64,000 nt of DNA from Macrostomum lignano (GCA_002269645.1 NIVC01000476.1:124001-188000); one strand, 5' to 3'. Positions 24,668 to 37,135 are shown, numbered from the stretch's first letter. A program made the numbers and translations. Notes: generated by a model from the letters alone, not told the origin.

Positions 24668-27498
24668 TCACTTTGCGCCCGCATCAGCTCCAGAGAGCAT
24701 CGCCTTCACCGCCTTGTCAATCTTGGCCACCAGTTTCTCCTGCTTGCCAGCTGGCGACTCCGTCTTGGCCCGCAAGAAGTGCAGCAGCAGCTCCACCAGG
24801 GTGTCGGCCTGCTGCTGCCGGCCCTTGACCCGCGCGCAGGCCAGCAGGCTGAGGGTGGCTGGAGGCAGCGGCCGCTTGCTGATCCCGGCGAAGGCGCAGT
24901 CGGGGTCAAAGTAGGTCAGGACGCGGCTCTTGTCCAGCAGCAGCTCCAGGGTCTCCTCCAGGCGGCCGCAGAAATTCGCCCGAAAATACGCGGTGCCGTC
25001 GTCGGATTCAAAGCGGCGCAGCGACTCGCGGACGGAGCCGCAGGCCAGGAAGCTGAGCTGCGAGTCCGGGCGAGCGATCTCACCTTTGTCCAGGCTGAGC
25101 TGCTGGCCCACCTGCAGCAGGAACTTCACGATGCGGACGAGACGGAGCTTCGGATGGTCGGGACCTTCGGCTCCGGACAGCAGGGCGGCCTGCTCCTCCC
25201 TTGAATGGGTGGTTTTTGGGGGACAAAATTGAGATACAGTCGGGGTTAAGTTGGGATAAACTCGGTCATGAGCTCACTCATGAGCTCACTCATGAACTCA
25301 CTCATTCACTCACTCCCTCATTCACTCACTCCCCCATTCAATCACTCCCTCATTCACTTACTCACTCACTCACTCACTGACTCAATCCACAAACGCACTC
25401 ATGAACTCACTCATGAACTCACTCATAAACTCACTCATAAACGCACTCATGAACTCACTCATGAACTCACTCTTGAATTCACTCATGAACTCACTCATGA
25501 ACTCACTCATGAAATCACTCATGAACTCACTCATGAACTCACTCATGAACTCACTCATGAACTCACTCATGAACTCACTCATGAACTCACTCATGAACTC
25601 ACTCATAAACTCACTCATGAACTCACTCATAAACTCACTCATGAACTCAGTCATGAACTCAGTCATGAGCTCATACCACAACAACATACCTAGCCAGGCA
25701 CAGCATCCTTGGCTGGCTGAAGCCCAGCAGCAGGTGGCCAAACAATCCGCGGTCCCGGCTGGCCCGAGCAGTTGGCAGGGAGCTCCGAAGAGCAGCCGCA
25801 GGGTGGCCGGCCGCACGCTGCCCGAGCTGGTGTGGCACAGAACTGGCAGAGTCGCCCGCTTCGGCGACCAGACCATCGCAGAGTCTCCGGCCCCGGCGTT
25901 GCAGCTTATGCGGCGACTCGAGTCCGGGCGCACCGGCGACTCAGCCGAGTCTTGCAGCACCGCCGCGGCCGTGTTGGCAACGATTCGCTCGACTCCGCAC
26001 ACCAGCGCCTGGTGCACGTTGGTCTCGAATGGCACCCAGCCGGAGGAGGCGGCCGGCCGCAGCACCGTCTGCGAGATGCCGGCCGTGCCGCAGACGCAGA
26101 GCTTGTTGACACGCAGCCAGGCGGGCATGGAGATCACGTAGTCCAGGGTGGGCTGCGCACAGCGAAGGGCCGTCTCCTGAGCCCAGCTGCCGATCAGGGT
26201 GGGGCTGGAGTCCTGCCAGAGAGAAAAAGCAGTGAATCACTTGCTCTGGCGCGATCGGCTCTGGATGACCGCGTCACTCTTAGCCCCTCCCTGCCCTAAT
26301 TGATTGCACAGCCACCTCACTCCCCAGCTCCTCCCTGCCCCTCTTAATTTCACAGCCAGCCACCTCACTCCCCAGCTCCTCCCTGCCCCTCTTAATTTCA
26401 CAGCCAGCCACCTCACTCCCCAGCTCCTCCCTGCCCCTCTTAATTGCACAACCAGCCGCCTCACTCCCCAGCTCCTCCCTGCCCCTCTTAATTTCACAGC
26501 CAGCCACCTCACTCCCCAGCTCCTCCCTGCCCCTCTTAATTGCACAACCAGCCGCCTCACTCCCCAGCTCCTCCCTTCCCCTCTTAATTGCACAACCAGC
26601 CGCCTCACTCCCCAGCTCCTCCCTTCCCCTCTTAATTGCACAGCCAGCCACCTCACTCCCCAGCTCCTCCCTGCCCCTCTTAATTGCACGGCCAGCCACC
26701 TCACTCCCCAGCTCCTCCCTGCCCCTCTTAATTGCACAACCAGCCGCCTCACTCCCCAGCTCCTCCCTGCCCCTCTTAATTGCACGGCCAGCCACCTCAC
26801 TCCCCAGCTCCTCCCTGCCCCTCTTAATTGCACGGCCAGCCACCTCACTCCCCAGCTCCTCCCTGCCCCTCTTTACTACACAGCCATCTCACATCTCACT
26901 CATCACAGAGAACAGATAACAGACACAGTCGGCCAACCTTGAACAGCAAGGGCATCATCGGCGCCAGGTGATTGGCGCACAGTGTGTGCAGAAACTCGGT
27001 TGTCAAGTTGATCATCTCGTAGGCTTCGTCGCTGGCGTCGAACCCGAGCTCGCCCTCGCCTCCGGCCAAGTCATGCAGCCGCTGCACAATCGGCGTCATC
27101 GGGTTGAAGGCCATCGCCAGCAGGCGGCCCTGCTCACGACTGTTCAGAGTCGGGCCTTCGGCAGTCCCCGCCGCTGCCAGCTGCTGCTGGCCGGAGAGCA
27201 GCGGGCCGAGGTTCCAGTGCAGGCAGCCGTCATCTTCAGGCTGGCAGTTGGCGCAGAGCCGGCGCCCGACGCCCGGCTGGCTGAACCGCAGCAGCGCCGC
27301 GTGGCTTCGTGCCGCCTGCCTGACCGCATCGCCTTGAATTGCCGCCTCCTCCGCCTCCTCCTCGGGAGCAGCCGCCGCTTCTCTCTCTTCGTTCGGGCCA
27401 CCGTTGGACGCCTGCAGGCGCTGCTTGAACGAGCTGGCCTCCTCTTTGATCTTGCCGACCAGCTTCGACATCTTCGTCGGCTGCCGCTGTTGCTGCAT
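24668..27498 (-). CDS. Divergent Mab-21/cGAS-like nucleotidyltransferase-fold protein; exons 27498-26938, 26212-25690, 25199-24668; 1-nt deficit in exon 2
   Basis: GC-rich coding exons with GT-AG sites (confident gene). IGSWAQETALRCAQPTLDYVISM aligns by eye with cGAS GSYYEHVKISAPNEFDVMFKL. MLCLAREEQAALLSG..HPKLRLVRIVKFLL and LEETLELLLDKSRVLTYFDP resemble Mab-21 C-lobe helices. Family call is tentative. Confidence 0.55.
25265..25672. repeat. (CTCA)n / 12-bp (CTCATGAACTCA)n array in intron 2 of the minus-strand gene
   Basis: Read directly. Confidence 0.95.
26300..26875. repeat. 48-bp minisatellite in intron 1 of the minus-strand gene
   Basis: About 12 copies of CCTCACTCCCCAGCTCCTCCCTGCCCCTCTTAATTGCAC.... 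Confidence 0.95.
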
Positions 27499-27929
27499 TT
27501 TCAATTCTGCCGTTCTGCGGTTTCCGTTTTCCTTCTCTCTCTCTTTCTTGGCCTGTTTTCATGCCGCACCCCTCACTGCTTTTATATTTCTTCTTATCGA
27601 GCCAGCGGCCTGTTCTGCACGCGATCTTCTTCTCTTCCATTTCTGCCCCCCGCCCCCACCCCGGCTAAGTACACAAGAGAGCCTGAATTCAATCTAGTGC
27701 CTTCACTCGTCCGAAGGCGTGCGTGACCAAGCCTTAAAACCCTCTATGTAGCTGCTTTTTGGGGGGGGTGCAGCAGTGTTTCTGCTGTGTTCTCACTGCG
27801 GTGCCCTGCCATGCGCAGGGGGCGGGAATGAAGCATTGGTGCAGCAATGAATACCATCGGAAGATTCTATTCTGCTGTGAGATTTATAAATAGCTATTGT
27901 GACTACAAATTTATTAATTTGTACGAGTC

Positions 27930-28565
27930 CATGGCATCTCTACATGATCCATGGCATCTCTACATGAGCCATGGCATCTCTACATGAGCCATGGCATCTC
28001 TACATGAGCCATGGCATCTCTACATGAGCCATGACATCTCAGCAACACCCCATTAAGCCATGACATCTCAGCAACACCCCATTAAGCCATGACATCTCTA
28101 CATGAGCCATGACATCTCAGCAACACCCCATTGAGCCATGACATCTCTACATGAGCCATGACATCTCAGCAACACCCCATTGAGCAATGGCATCTCTACA
28201 TGAGCCATGACATCTCAGCAACACCCCATTGAGCCATGGCATCTCTACATGAGCCATGACATCTCAGCAACACCCCATTGAGCCATGACATCTCTACATG
28301 AGCCATGACATCTCAGCAACACCCCATTAAGCCATGACATCTCTACATGAGCCATGGCATCTCGGCAACACCCCATTGAGCCATGACATCTCTACATGAG
28401 CCATGGCATCTCGGCAACACCCCATCGAGCCATGACATCTCTACATGAGCCATGGCATCTCTACATGAGCCATGGCATCTCTACATGAGCCATGGCATCT
28501 CTACATGAGCCATGGCATCTCAGCAACACCCCATTGAGCCATGACATCCCAGCAACTCCCCATGC
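27930..28565. repeat. Composite 20-bp/29-bp minisatellite (GAGCCATGGCATCTCTACAT / GAGCCATGACATCTCAGCAACACCCCATT) in the divergent intergenic region
   Basis: Two related units interleaved. Confidence 0.93.
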
Positions 28566-28849
28566 GCTAAAATGTTATTCAACCAAATACCAAAAAGTAT
28601 CTTTTTCGAGTGCGTTTCCAGTTGATCGGCTACTTACTAAATAAGCCTCAGTATGTGCAAACCAACTGTGAACTGAAGCAGTCCAAGATTTTGTTACTTT
28701 GCCACAGGGTTTTTTCACCTCTTTCCTGTTGTTTGCACAACTCATAAGTTGCTACGTGACCACCGCACGGCGCTGAATAAGTTTTAGTCTCGGTGGCTCG
28801 AGTTTTCCTAGGCTGCTCAACAAACAAGACTTGGAAGCTTTGAAGAAAG

Positions 28850-31800
28850 ATGAAGGTGTTCGAATTTTTTGAGTATATTCGCACATTTGGCCTTCTATCG
28901 TCGGTCGGGCTGCTTGACTTCGACGATCGGGTCACCTTCCTGCTCAGCGCCATCGTGCTGCTGGTGTGCAGTCTGGTGATCGGCGCCAAGGAGTACTTCA
29001 CCAAGTCCATATCCTGCATGCTGCTGCACAAGTTCATCACCCCATTCACCATGATGGACGCGCAGATGATCGAGAGCTACTGCTGGGTGACCGGAGTTTA
29101 TCCGCTGCGCATGACCGAGCCGCTGCCGGATGTCAGCGACGAGTGGCTGCTCAAGCATCCAACCATTATTCGTGAGTTGACCGCCTGGGAGAGGAGGCTG
29201 GGGATTGAGTAGAGAAGAGAAGAGGAGAGGAGAAGAGAAGAGAGGAGAGGAGAGGAGAAGAGAGGAAATTAGAGAGGAGAGAAGATGAGAGGAGAGGATA
29301 GGAGAGGAGAGGAGAGGAGAGGAGAGGAGAGGAGAGGAGAGGAGAGGAGAGGAGAGGAGAGGAGAGGAGAGGAGAGGAGAGGAGAGGAGAGGAGAGGAGA
29401 GGAGAGGAGAGGAGAGGAGATGAGATGAGAGGAGAGGAGAGGAGAGGAGAGGAGAGGAGAGGAGATGAGAGAAGAGCAGAGGAGAGGAGAGGAGAGGAGA
29501 GGAGAGGAGAGTGTTTGGGGACTGACGCGGAGTACTTGCGCTCGGTCGCCGACAGAGTCCTCGACGCGAAAGCAACTGGCTTGCGAACGCCAGCGCTGTC
29601 TTCTTGCATCAACACGGCACCCAGAGCGTGCGCAGAGCTGTCGCAGGCCACGATTATCTTGTCGTCGGGACAGAAGAATCGCAGGCACGTTGGAGACACT
29701 ACCATTTTCTTAAGCCTCCAAAAGGCCTTCTGGCAGTCCGCTGTCCAGTTCCAAGGCTGGTCCTTGCGAAGTAGCTGCAGCAGCGGCTCGGCGATGTCGG
29801 ATAGGTTGTGTAGGAAGTTCGAGCAAAACTTTACCATTCCGAGAAATGAGGCCACCGCCTCGGTGTTCCGAGGCTCCGGCACCGCTTCGATGGCTTCCAC
29901 ATTGGACTGCATCGGCTGAAGGCCTCTCGCCGAGACGATGTAGCCCAGAAACTGCATGGACTCTGCAGCCCACTGGCACTTGGCGGTGTTAAGCGTTCCG
30001 CCATGGGCGAGCAGCCGGTCCAGCACTGCCGTGAGCCGCCGCCGGTGCTCCGTCTCGTTGGCAGCATGCACCACGATATCATCAATGTAGTGCAGCGTCC
30101 CCAAACAGCCGTGGAGAATCTTACTGAGCACCTTCTGAAAGGCTGCTGGAGCGCTGTTAAGGCCGTAGCAGACGCGCTTGTACCGGTACAGGCCTTTCTC
30201 CGTGATGAAGGCCGTTAGGTCCCGCCGGTCTTCCGCCAGTTCCAGTTGCAGGTACGACGAGTTCAAATCGAGCTTAGTGAACACGGTCGAGCCCTTGAAC
30301 TCCGTCGTCAGCTCCTCGAAAGTTGGCAGCAGCTGCTTATCCGGCACTATAGCCTTGTTTGGACACCTGAGGTCGTTGCAGATTCTGATTTTACCTTCGG
30401 GCTTCGGGACGATCACCAGGTTCGAAATCCACTCGGAAGCTTGGATCTCCTCGACGATGTCGTCTGCCAACAGCTGGTCGATCTCCGCCTGGACCTTGTC
30501 CTTAATGCTGAGTGGAATACGGCGGAGCGGCTGCGCTACCGGAGTCACGGCCGGGTTCAGCCTGGGCCGGTGCTCGAATCCTCGGATCCGCCCGAGCCCC
30601 TGCGCCAGAGGCTTGAAGCGCTCGGGAAGCCAGGTCGGCAGCTCTGCTGTTTTATCGACTGTGCGCACCAGGTCGCCGTCCCTGTCCACCACCTGGAAGT
30701 TGAGGTGCTGCATCAAGTCCGCGCCCATGATATCGGAGCCTTGTTGCACCACGGTGAAGCAGAAAAACGGCACCTGCTGGTCTCGGTAGTTGACGGAAAG
30801 CACTGCCTCGCCCACTACACTGATCGCCTCGCCGTTGTACGCGATTAGCTTCTTGGTCGACGACTGCAGTGGCACCCGGTTTCCGAGCTTTCTGAAGGTC
30901 TTTTCCGACAGGATGGACACCTTGGCTCCAGAGTCCACGAGCAGATTCAGCCAGGTGCCTTGCACCTTCAGCCGGCAGCGGATGTCGGCGCTGGCAGCAC
31001 CGCGAACTGTGTACACGGCGTGGTCGCTATCGTCCACGACCTCGGCGACCTTGGCTCCCTGCGACCGGCAAACCCGGCCGAAATGGTTCGCCCGACCGCA
31101 GATGTGGCACATCTTGCCTTCAGCTGGACAGCGAGTTCGGCTGGTGTGTCCGCCTCCGCACTTCGAGCAGCGCTCGCGATCCGCTGATCGCCTCTGACCT
31201 CCGTTTTTCCTGTCAGCTTGCAGTCGGACTCTCTTCACCTCTTCTCCCAGCTGGGCTCCGGAAGCAGCTGCGCCTCCCATCTCGATCACGCCGGCCTCGG
31301 CGATGCTGGTCTCCCACTGCTGGCTCAGAGTCACGGCCTTCTGCAGGGTCAGACCGTCCTCAATCAGCAGGCGCTTTCGAATTCGCCTGTCGCTGACCTT
31401 CTCCACGATCTGGTCCCGAATCATTTCTTCCATCATGTCGCGGAACTCACATGAGCCAGCTAGAGCATACAGGGCCGCCACAAAGTCCGCAATCTTTTCA
31501 CCGGGACGCTGACTGCGCTGCCGAAACTTGTGGCGCTCGGCCACCACGTTGACTTTGACCCCGAACTGCTCGTCCAGAATCGCGATTGTCGCAGCGAATC
31601 CTGTCGGAGCCGGAGTCCTCGTTGCCGCCACAGCCGTGAAGACTCGCTGGCCTTCAGCGCCCAGGCAGTGCAGCAGCAGCGCACGCCTCCTCGCCTCCGG
31701 CAGAGTGTCATAACCGGCCGCCAGCAGGTAATTGTCAAACAGAGACTTCCACTCTTTCCACGGCCTCGTCGGTCGGCCTGGCAGCGGCAGGAATTGATCT

Positions 31801-34800
31801 GGCGGCGATACGCTGATCCGCGGCGCTTCTGTTGAGGAATTGTCGCTTGCCATTTTAGTTTGCACTTTTGCAGTTTGGTGCTGTTGTAGCAACTTGTGTT
31901 GGCTTGGCGTGTGTTTTGCAGACACTTCACTCAGACTGACTCCAACCCCGGCTAATTGGGGTGGGTGTTGGTTTTAGCTTGCGACGCCAATGTTGTATAA
32001 TGAATAAGCCAGCCAGTCTGCAAGTTTGTAGGCGAAACTCTCAAGCTCTCAAACTCACCGCGCTCTCACTTATATATCATATATTGAAATGCGATCGATA
32101 GCTAACAGATGTACAACGAACGTACACACAACTACACACACATTGAGTAGCAACACAACAGAGAGGAGAGGAGAGGAGAGGAGAGGAGAGGAGAGGAGAG
32201 GAGAGGAGAGGAGAGGAGAGGAGAGGAGAGGAGAGGAGAGGAGAGGAGAGGAGATGAGAGGAGAGGAGAGGAGAGGAGAGGAGAGGAGAGGAGAGGAGAG
32301 GAGAGGAGAGAGAGGAGAGGAGAGGAGAGGAGAGCAGATGAGAGGAGAGGAGAGGAGAGGAGAGGAGAGGAGAGGAGAGGAGAGGAGAGGAGAGCAAAGC
32401 AGAGGAGAGCAAAGCAGAGGAGAGCAAAGCAAAGGAGAGCAAAGCAGAGGAGAGCAAAGCAGAGGAGACCAGGGTTCATACCAGTCTGCACAGAGCGCAC
32501 TGCTAGACTAGTGATATATGTAAAATCAGGTAAACTAACCCAATAAACAGCCGCCGCACTTCCGACTTCACCAACCGATCCCTCCGCAGGTTATTACCTG
32601 TGGGTGCCGCTGCTACTTGCGCTGCAGGCTCTGCTGTGCTACCTGCCGAAAGCGCTGTTTGATTTGATCTGCTTCAGCCGCTCAGCCTACTGCTTGAGCT
32701 TCATCGCTGTCTCCGCCCGGGAGGCGTCGCTGCTGTCGCCAGCCAGACGGGCGGAGAGAGTCGACGAGCTGGCGACTTGCCTGGCCGACCTGCTAGTGGC
32801 GTCGCGGGAGTACCGGCAAGGCCGGGCGGTCAAGTGGGCCACCGCGGTGCACCGCTGCCTTCCGTGGTGCCCCATCAGCAAGAGATTCGGTAATTACACC
32901 TTTGTGATGTACCTGGTAACTAAACTGGCGGGCCTGGCTGTCTTGCTGTTGCAGCTGGAGCTGATGAGGCAGTTTCTCGGCTTCCAGTCTTTGTCGTATG
33001 GCGCCGAACTGATGCGAAATATCACTATGGGACTGGACTGGGAGATCACCATGGTGCTTCCCAGGTAAGCACTACTCTATGCCCAGTGTGTGCGTGTGCA
33101 TGTGTGTTTGAGTGAGTGAGTTATTGAGTGAGTGAGTGAGTTATTGAGTGAGTGAGTGAGTGAGTGAGTGAGTGAGTGAGTGAGTGAGTGAGTGAGTGAG
33201 TGAGTGAGTGAGTGAGTGAGTGAGTGAGTGAGTGATTGAGTGAGTGAGTGAGTGAGTGAGTGAGTGAGTGAGTGAGTGAGTGAGTGAGTGAGTGAGTGAG
33301 TGAGTGAGTGAGTGAGTGAGTGAGTGGTTGAGTGAGTGAGTGAGTGGGTGAGTGAGTGAGTGAGTGAGTGAGTGAGTGATTGAGTGAGTGAGTGAGTGAG
33401 TGAGTGAGTGAGTGAGTGAGTGAGTGAGTGAGTGAGTGAGTGAGTGAGTGAGTGGTTGAGTGAGTGAGTGAGTGAGTGAGTGAGTGAGTGAGTGAGTGAG
33501 TGAGTGAGTGAGTGAGTGAGTGAGTGAGTGATTGAGTGAGTGAGTGAGTGAGTGAGTGAGTGAGTGAGTGAGTGAGTGAGTGAGTGAGTGAGTGAGTGAG
33601 TGAGTGTGTGTGTGTTTTAGTCTGTGCGCTAGTTGATGTGTGTCTTTGTGCAATGTCTGTTCGAGCTCATATCCCATTTTTACTGAAAAAATGACCTGCA
33701 TATACCTGGTGTATTTTCTAATTAAAAAAAGACATTAATTCCAGGCTCGGCGCATGCCGCTTCTCTTTCCCCGACCGAACCAGCGTGATCAGCATCACTC
33801 CCTACTGCACCATCAGCTCCAACATTTTCACCGAGAAGGTGTACATCATCCTGTGGTTCTACTTTGTCCTGGCTGCCATTGTTAACTCAGCCAGCATACT
33901 GCTCTGGCTTAGAAGATTTCTACTCACCCGAAGCAGGTGCCAGTGTCTCAGATCGCTGATCAGAGGCTGCGGATGCCCCAGAACCGATCAAGACGAGGTT
34001 CGTTTATGAGTATTTAATTGACTGAGCTCATTATCGCCTGAAGTGTTCGCCGGGTTTTTATTGCCTCCTATCTAGATGTACAATTGCACACTCGATGGCA
34101 ATCACGTGACTCTGCTGGTAAACAATGTACAGTCTCTCTCGTCTTCCTTCAGTACACTATCGGATCACGTGATTTCTCAGCCTATGCACATCTCCGCTTT
34201 GTGTTCAACTGTACAGGCTGGAACATCACGTGATTTAGTATTGAGTGCGGTCGCACGCTCTTAATGATCACGTGATTATACGTTTACTGAAGCCTCTCGT
34301 CACCCACTTAAAGAATTTAAAGTGTAGACTGTTATATACATACCATCTATATCTTATTAAGTATCACTGCAGTCTTACTACAGTTTCTAGAGTACAGGAT
34401 ACTTGAGTACATAATATTTAATTTGAGTACAGAAGATTTACATTGAGTACAGATGATTTACATTGAGTACAGAAGATTTACATTGAGTGCAGATGATTTA
34501 CATTGAGTACAGATGATTTACATTGAGTACAGATGATTTACATTGAGTATAGATGATTCCCATTGAGTACAGATAATTCCCGTTGAGTACAGATAATTCC
34601 CATTGAGTACAGATGATTCCCATTGAGTACAGAAGATTTACATTGAGTATAGATGATTCCCATTTAGTACAGATGATTCCCATTGAGTACAGATGATTCC
34701 CATTGAGTACAGATGATTCCCATTGAGTACAAATGATTTACATTGAGTACAGAAGATTCCCATCGAGTACAGAAGATTCCCATTGAGTACAGAAGATTCC

Positions 34801-35347
34801 CATTGAGTACAGAAGATTCCCATTGAGTACAGAAGATTCCCATTGAGTACAGAAGATTCCCATTGAGTACAGAAGATTCCCATTGAGTACAGATGATTTA
34901 CATTGAGTACAGAAGATTCCCATCGAGTACAGAAGATTCCCATTGAGTACAGAAGATTCCCATTGAGTACAGAAGATTCCCATTGAGTACAGAAGATTCC
35001 CATTAAGTACAGAAGATTTACATTGAGTACAGATGATTTACATTGAGTACAGAAGATTTACATTGAATGCAGAAGATTTAAGTTGAGTAGATTTCCACAG
35101 AGCCCCCAACCACGAATTGCAGACTTGGCTGGAGCGGTTCGAGTTTGAGTTCATCCGCATTGACGGGCTGTTTTTTCTGTGGATGATCCGCCTGAACTGC
35201 GGCCACATTGTCACTGGCGAAATTGTGCGCAACATTTTCTGTGATTTTGTGCGCAAGATGGAGCGCAGCGGCGGCAGCGGTGGGGCGCGAGGAGCGGAAG
35301 CTTCACTTACTGACTCTACAGTTGCTACAGAGCAATATCACCTGTGA
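28850..35347 (+). CDS. inx: Innexin (~424 aa), 4 exons: 28850-29171, 32590-33064, 33745-33997, 35123-35347
   Basis: DFDDRV, TM1, SISC...SYCW (EL1 cysteines), RYYLWVP.LL.LQA, LPRLGAC...YCTISSNIFTEKVY..LWF, DGLFFLWMI. Splice phases 1/2/0 join in frame. Confidence 0.93.
29210..29511. repeat. (GGAGA)n pentanucleotide array, left of the Gypsy insertion
   Basis: Read directly. Confidence 0.97.
29512..31853 (-). CDS. Gag-Pol (two CCHC knuckles, protease, RT, partial RNase H); frame continues into the microsatellite to 29166
   Basis: CSKCGGGH..C and CHICGRANHFGRVC, LLVDSGAKVS, HYIDDIVV, VACDSSAHALG, FASRTLSATERKYS; no internal stops. Confidence 0.92.
29512..32160 (-). mobile_element. Mag-clade Gypsy LTR retrotransposon, 3'-truncated (LTR-PBS-gag-PR-RT-RH), antisense in innexin intron 1
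   Basis: LTR 31991-32160 (TGTTGTG...TACAACA) followed by PBS-like TGGCGTCGC; open gag-pol; no integrase or 3' LTR. Confidence 0.92.
32161..32465. repeat. (GGAGA)n array, right of the Gypsy insertion
   Basis: Read directly. Confidence 0.97.
33108..33605. repeat. (GAGT)n microsatellite in innexin intron 2
   Basis: About 120 units. Confidence 0.97.
34430..35075. repeat. 20-bp minisatellite (CATTGAGTACAGAAGATTCC) in innexin intron 3
   Basis: About 32 copies. Confidence 0.95.
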
Positions 35348-35561
35348 ACTCTGCTGCTGTCACAGCTCTTTTTGTGTCTCATTTTCTAACACGCTTGTCT
35401 CCAATATTCTATCATGAACTTTTACATTTTTGTACGATCGAAGCGCTACAAACCGAATGTCTCACTTTCCGGAATTAACTAATTCTAGCCAGTATGTGAT
35501 TTTTCTAACTCTTGAAAGTTGAGAAATGATTTCTGAGTTGAATTCAGATGCCAGGCAACAG

Positions 35562-36037
35562 TGGCTTTAGCACCAGGGGCTTTAGCACCAGGGGCTTTAG
35601 CACCAGGGGCTTTAGCACCAAGTGGCTTTAGCACCAGGGGCTTTAGCACCAAGTGGCTTTAGCACCAGGGGCTTTAGCACCAAGTGGCTTTAGCACCAGG
35701 GGCTTTAGCACCAGGGGCTTTAGCACCAGGGGCTTTAGCACCAAGTGGCTTTAGCACCAGGGGCTTTAGCACCAAGGGGCTTTAGCACCAGGGGCTTTAG
35801 CACCAGGGGCTTTAGCACCAGGGGCTTTAGCACCAGGGGCTTTAGCACCAAGTGGCTTTAGCACCAAGTGGCTTTAGCACCAGGGGCTTTAGCACCAAGT
35901 GGCTTTAGCACCAGGGGCTTTAGCACCAGGGGCTTTAGCACCAGGGGCTTTAGCACCAGGGGCTTTAGCACCAGGGGCTTTAGCACCAGGGGCTTAAGCA
36001 CCAGGGGCTTTAGCACCAGGGGCTTTAGCACCAGGGG
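35562..36037. repeat. 15-bp minisatellite (GGCTTTAGCACCAGG)
   Basis: About 31 copies. Confidence 0.96.
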
Positions 36038-36611
36038 CGCCAGCACATTACTAAAACTAATATCCGATTCAGTCAGTATTTTATCAAGGACGATCAAAGT
36101 AGTGTATATATTAAGTAGTCCTTGTATTTATGTGAAATATTTTTATAATTCTATAAGACTGCCTTCTGATCCCAGGTGTCTGACTGCATCTCTGCCCAAA
36201 TATAGTTCTTGATTACACTACACTATTGACTTTCTATTGTATTATGTATGCCTATTGCAATGGCTCTGAATGCATTGTGAACATGTGCACCAGTTTCCCA
36301 ATGCACTCCTCGCATCTCCCTCATCTCCAGCCTGGCATGTCATTACCTGCTCCATCTCTTCCCTCCCGCTTTCCCAATTATTCTGTGTCAATCATGCGTC
36401 ACAGGGTGTCTGCCATGCTGAGCGCAAAGGCAATTCTGTACACCAAAGAAAGCTACTCACTGCTCCAGGGCCGCCAGCCTTGAGTTAAATTTAGATCTGC
36501 TGTAGAGAAGTGCATTTTTAGTGGATTTTTTTCAACTAAAAGCAACTTAAAGTCTGCGGAGCCTGCTTGAAAATCTATGCTCAATACACTGTCCATCTGC
36601 ATCTATAAGTT

Positions 36612-37135
36612 CCCCTAATCATCCCTAATCAGTTCCCCTAATCAGTTCCTCTAATCAGTTCCCCTAATTACCCATAATCAGTTCCCTTAATCACCCCTAA
36701 TCAGTTCCCCTAATCATCCCTAATCAGTTCCCCTAATCAGTTCCTCTAATCAGTTCCCCTAATCACCTCCTATTAGGGGGAATTTCCTCCTATGTGCAGT
36801 TCCCCTTATCAGTTCCCCTTATCAGTTCCCCTAATCATTTCCCTAATCAGTTCCCCTAATCATTTCCCTAATCAGTTCCTCTAATCAGTTCCTCTTATCT
36901 GCAGTTCCCCTTATTAGTTTCCCTAATCAGTTCCCCTAATCAGTTCCCCTAATCAGTTCCCCTAACCAGTTCCCCTAATCAGTTCCCCTAATCAGTTCCC
37001 CTTATCAGTTCCCCTAATCAGTTCCCCTAATCAGTTCCCCTTATCAGTTCCCCTAATCAGTTCCCCTAATCAGTTCCCCTTATCAGTTTCCCTAATCAGT
37101 TCCCCTAATCAGTTCCCCTAATCGTTCCCCAAATC
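36612..37135. repeat. 13-bp minisatellite (ATCAGTTCCCCTA)
   Basis: About 35 degenerate copies. Confidence 0.94.
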
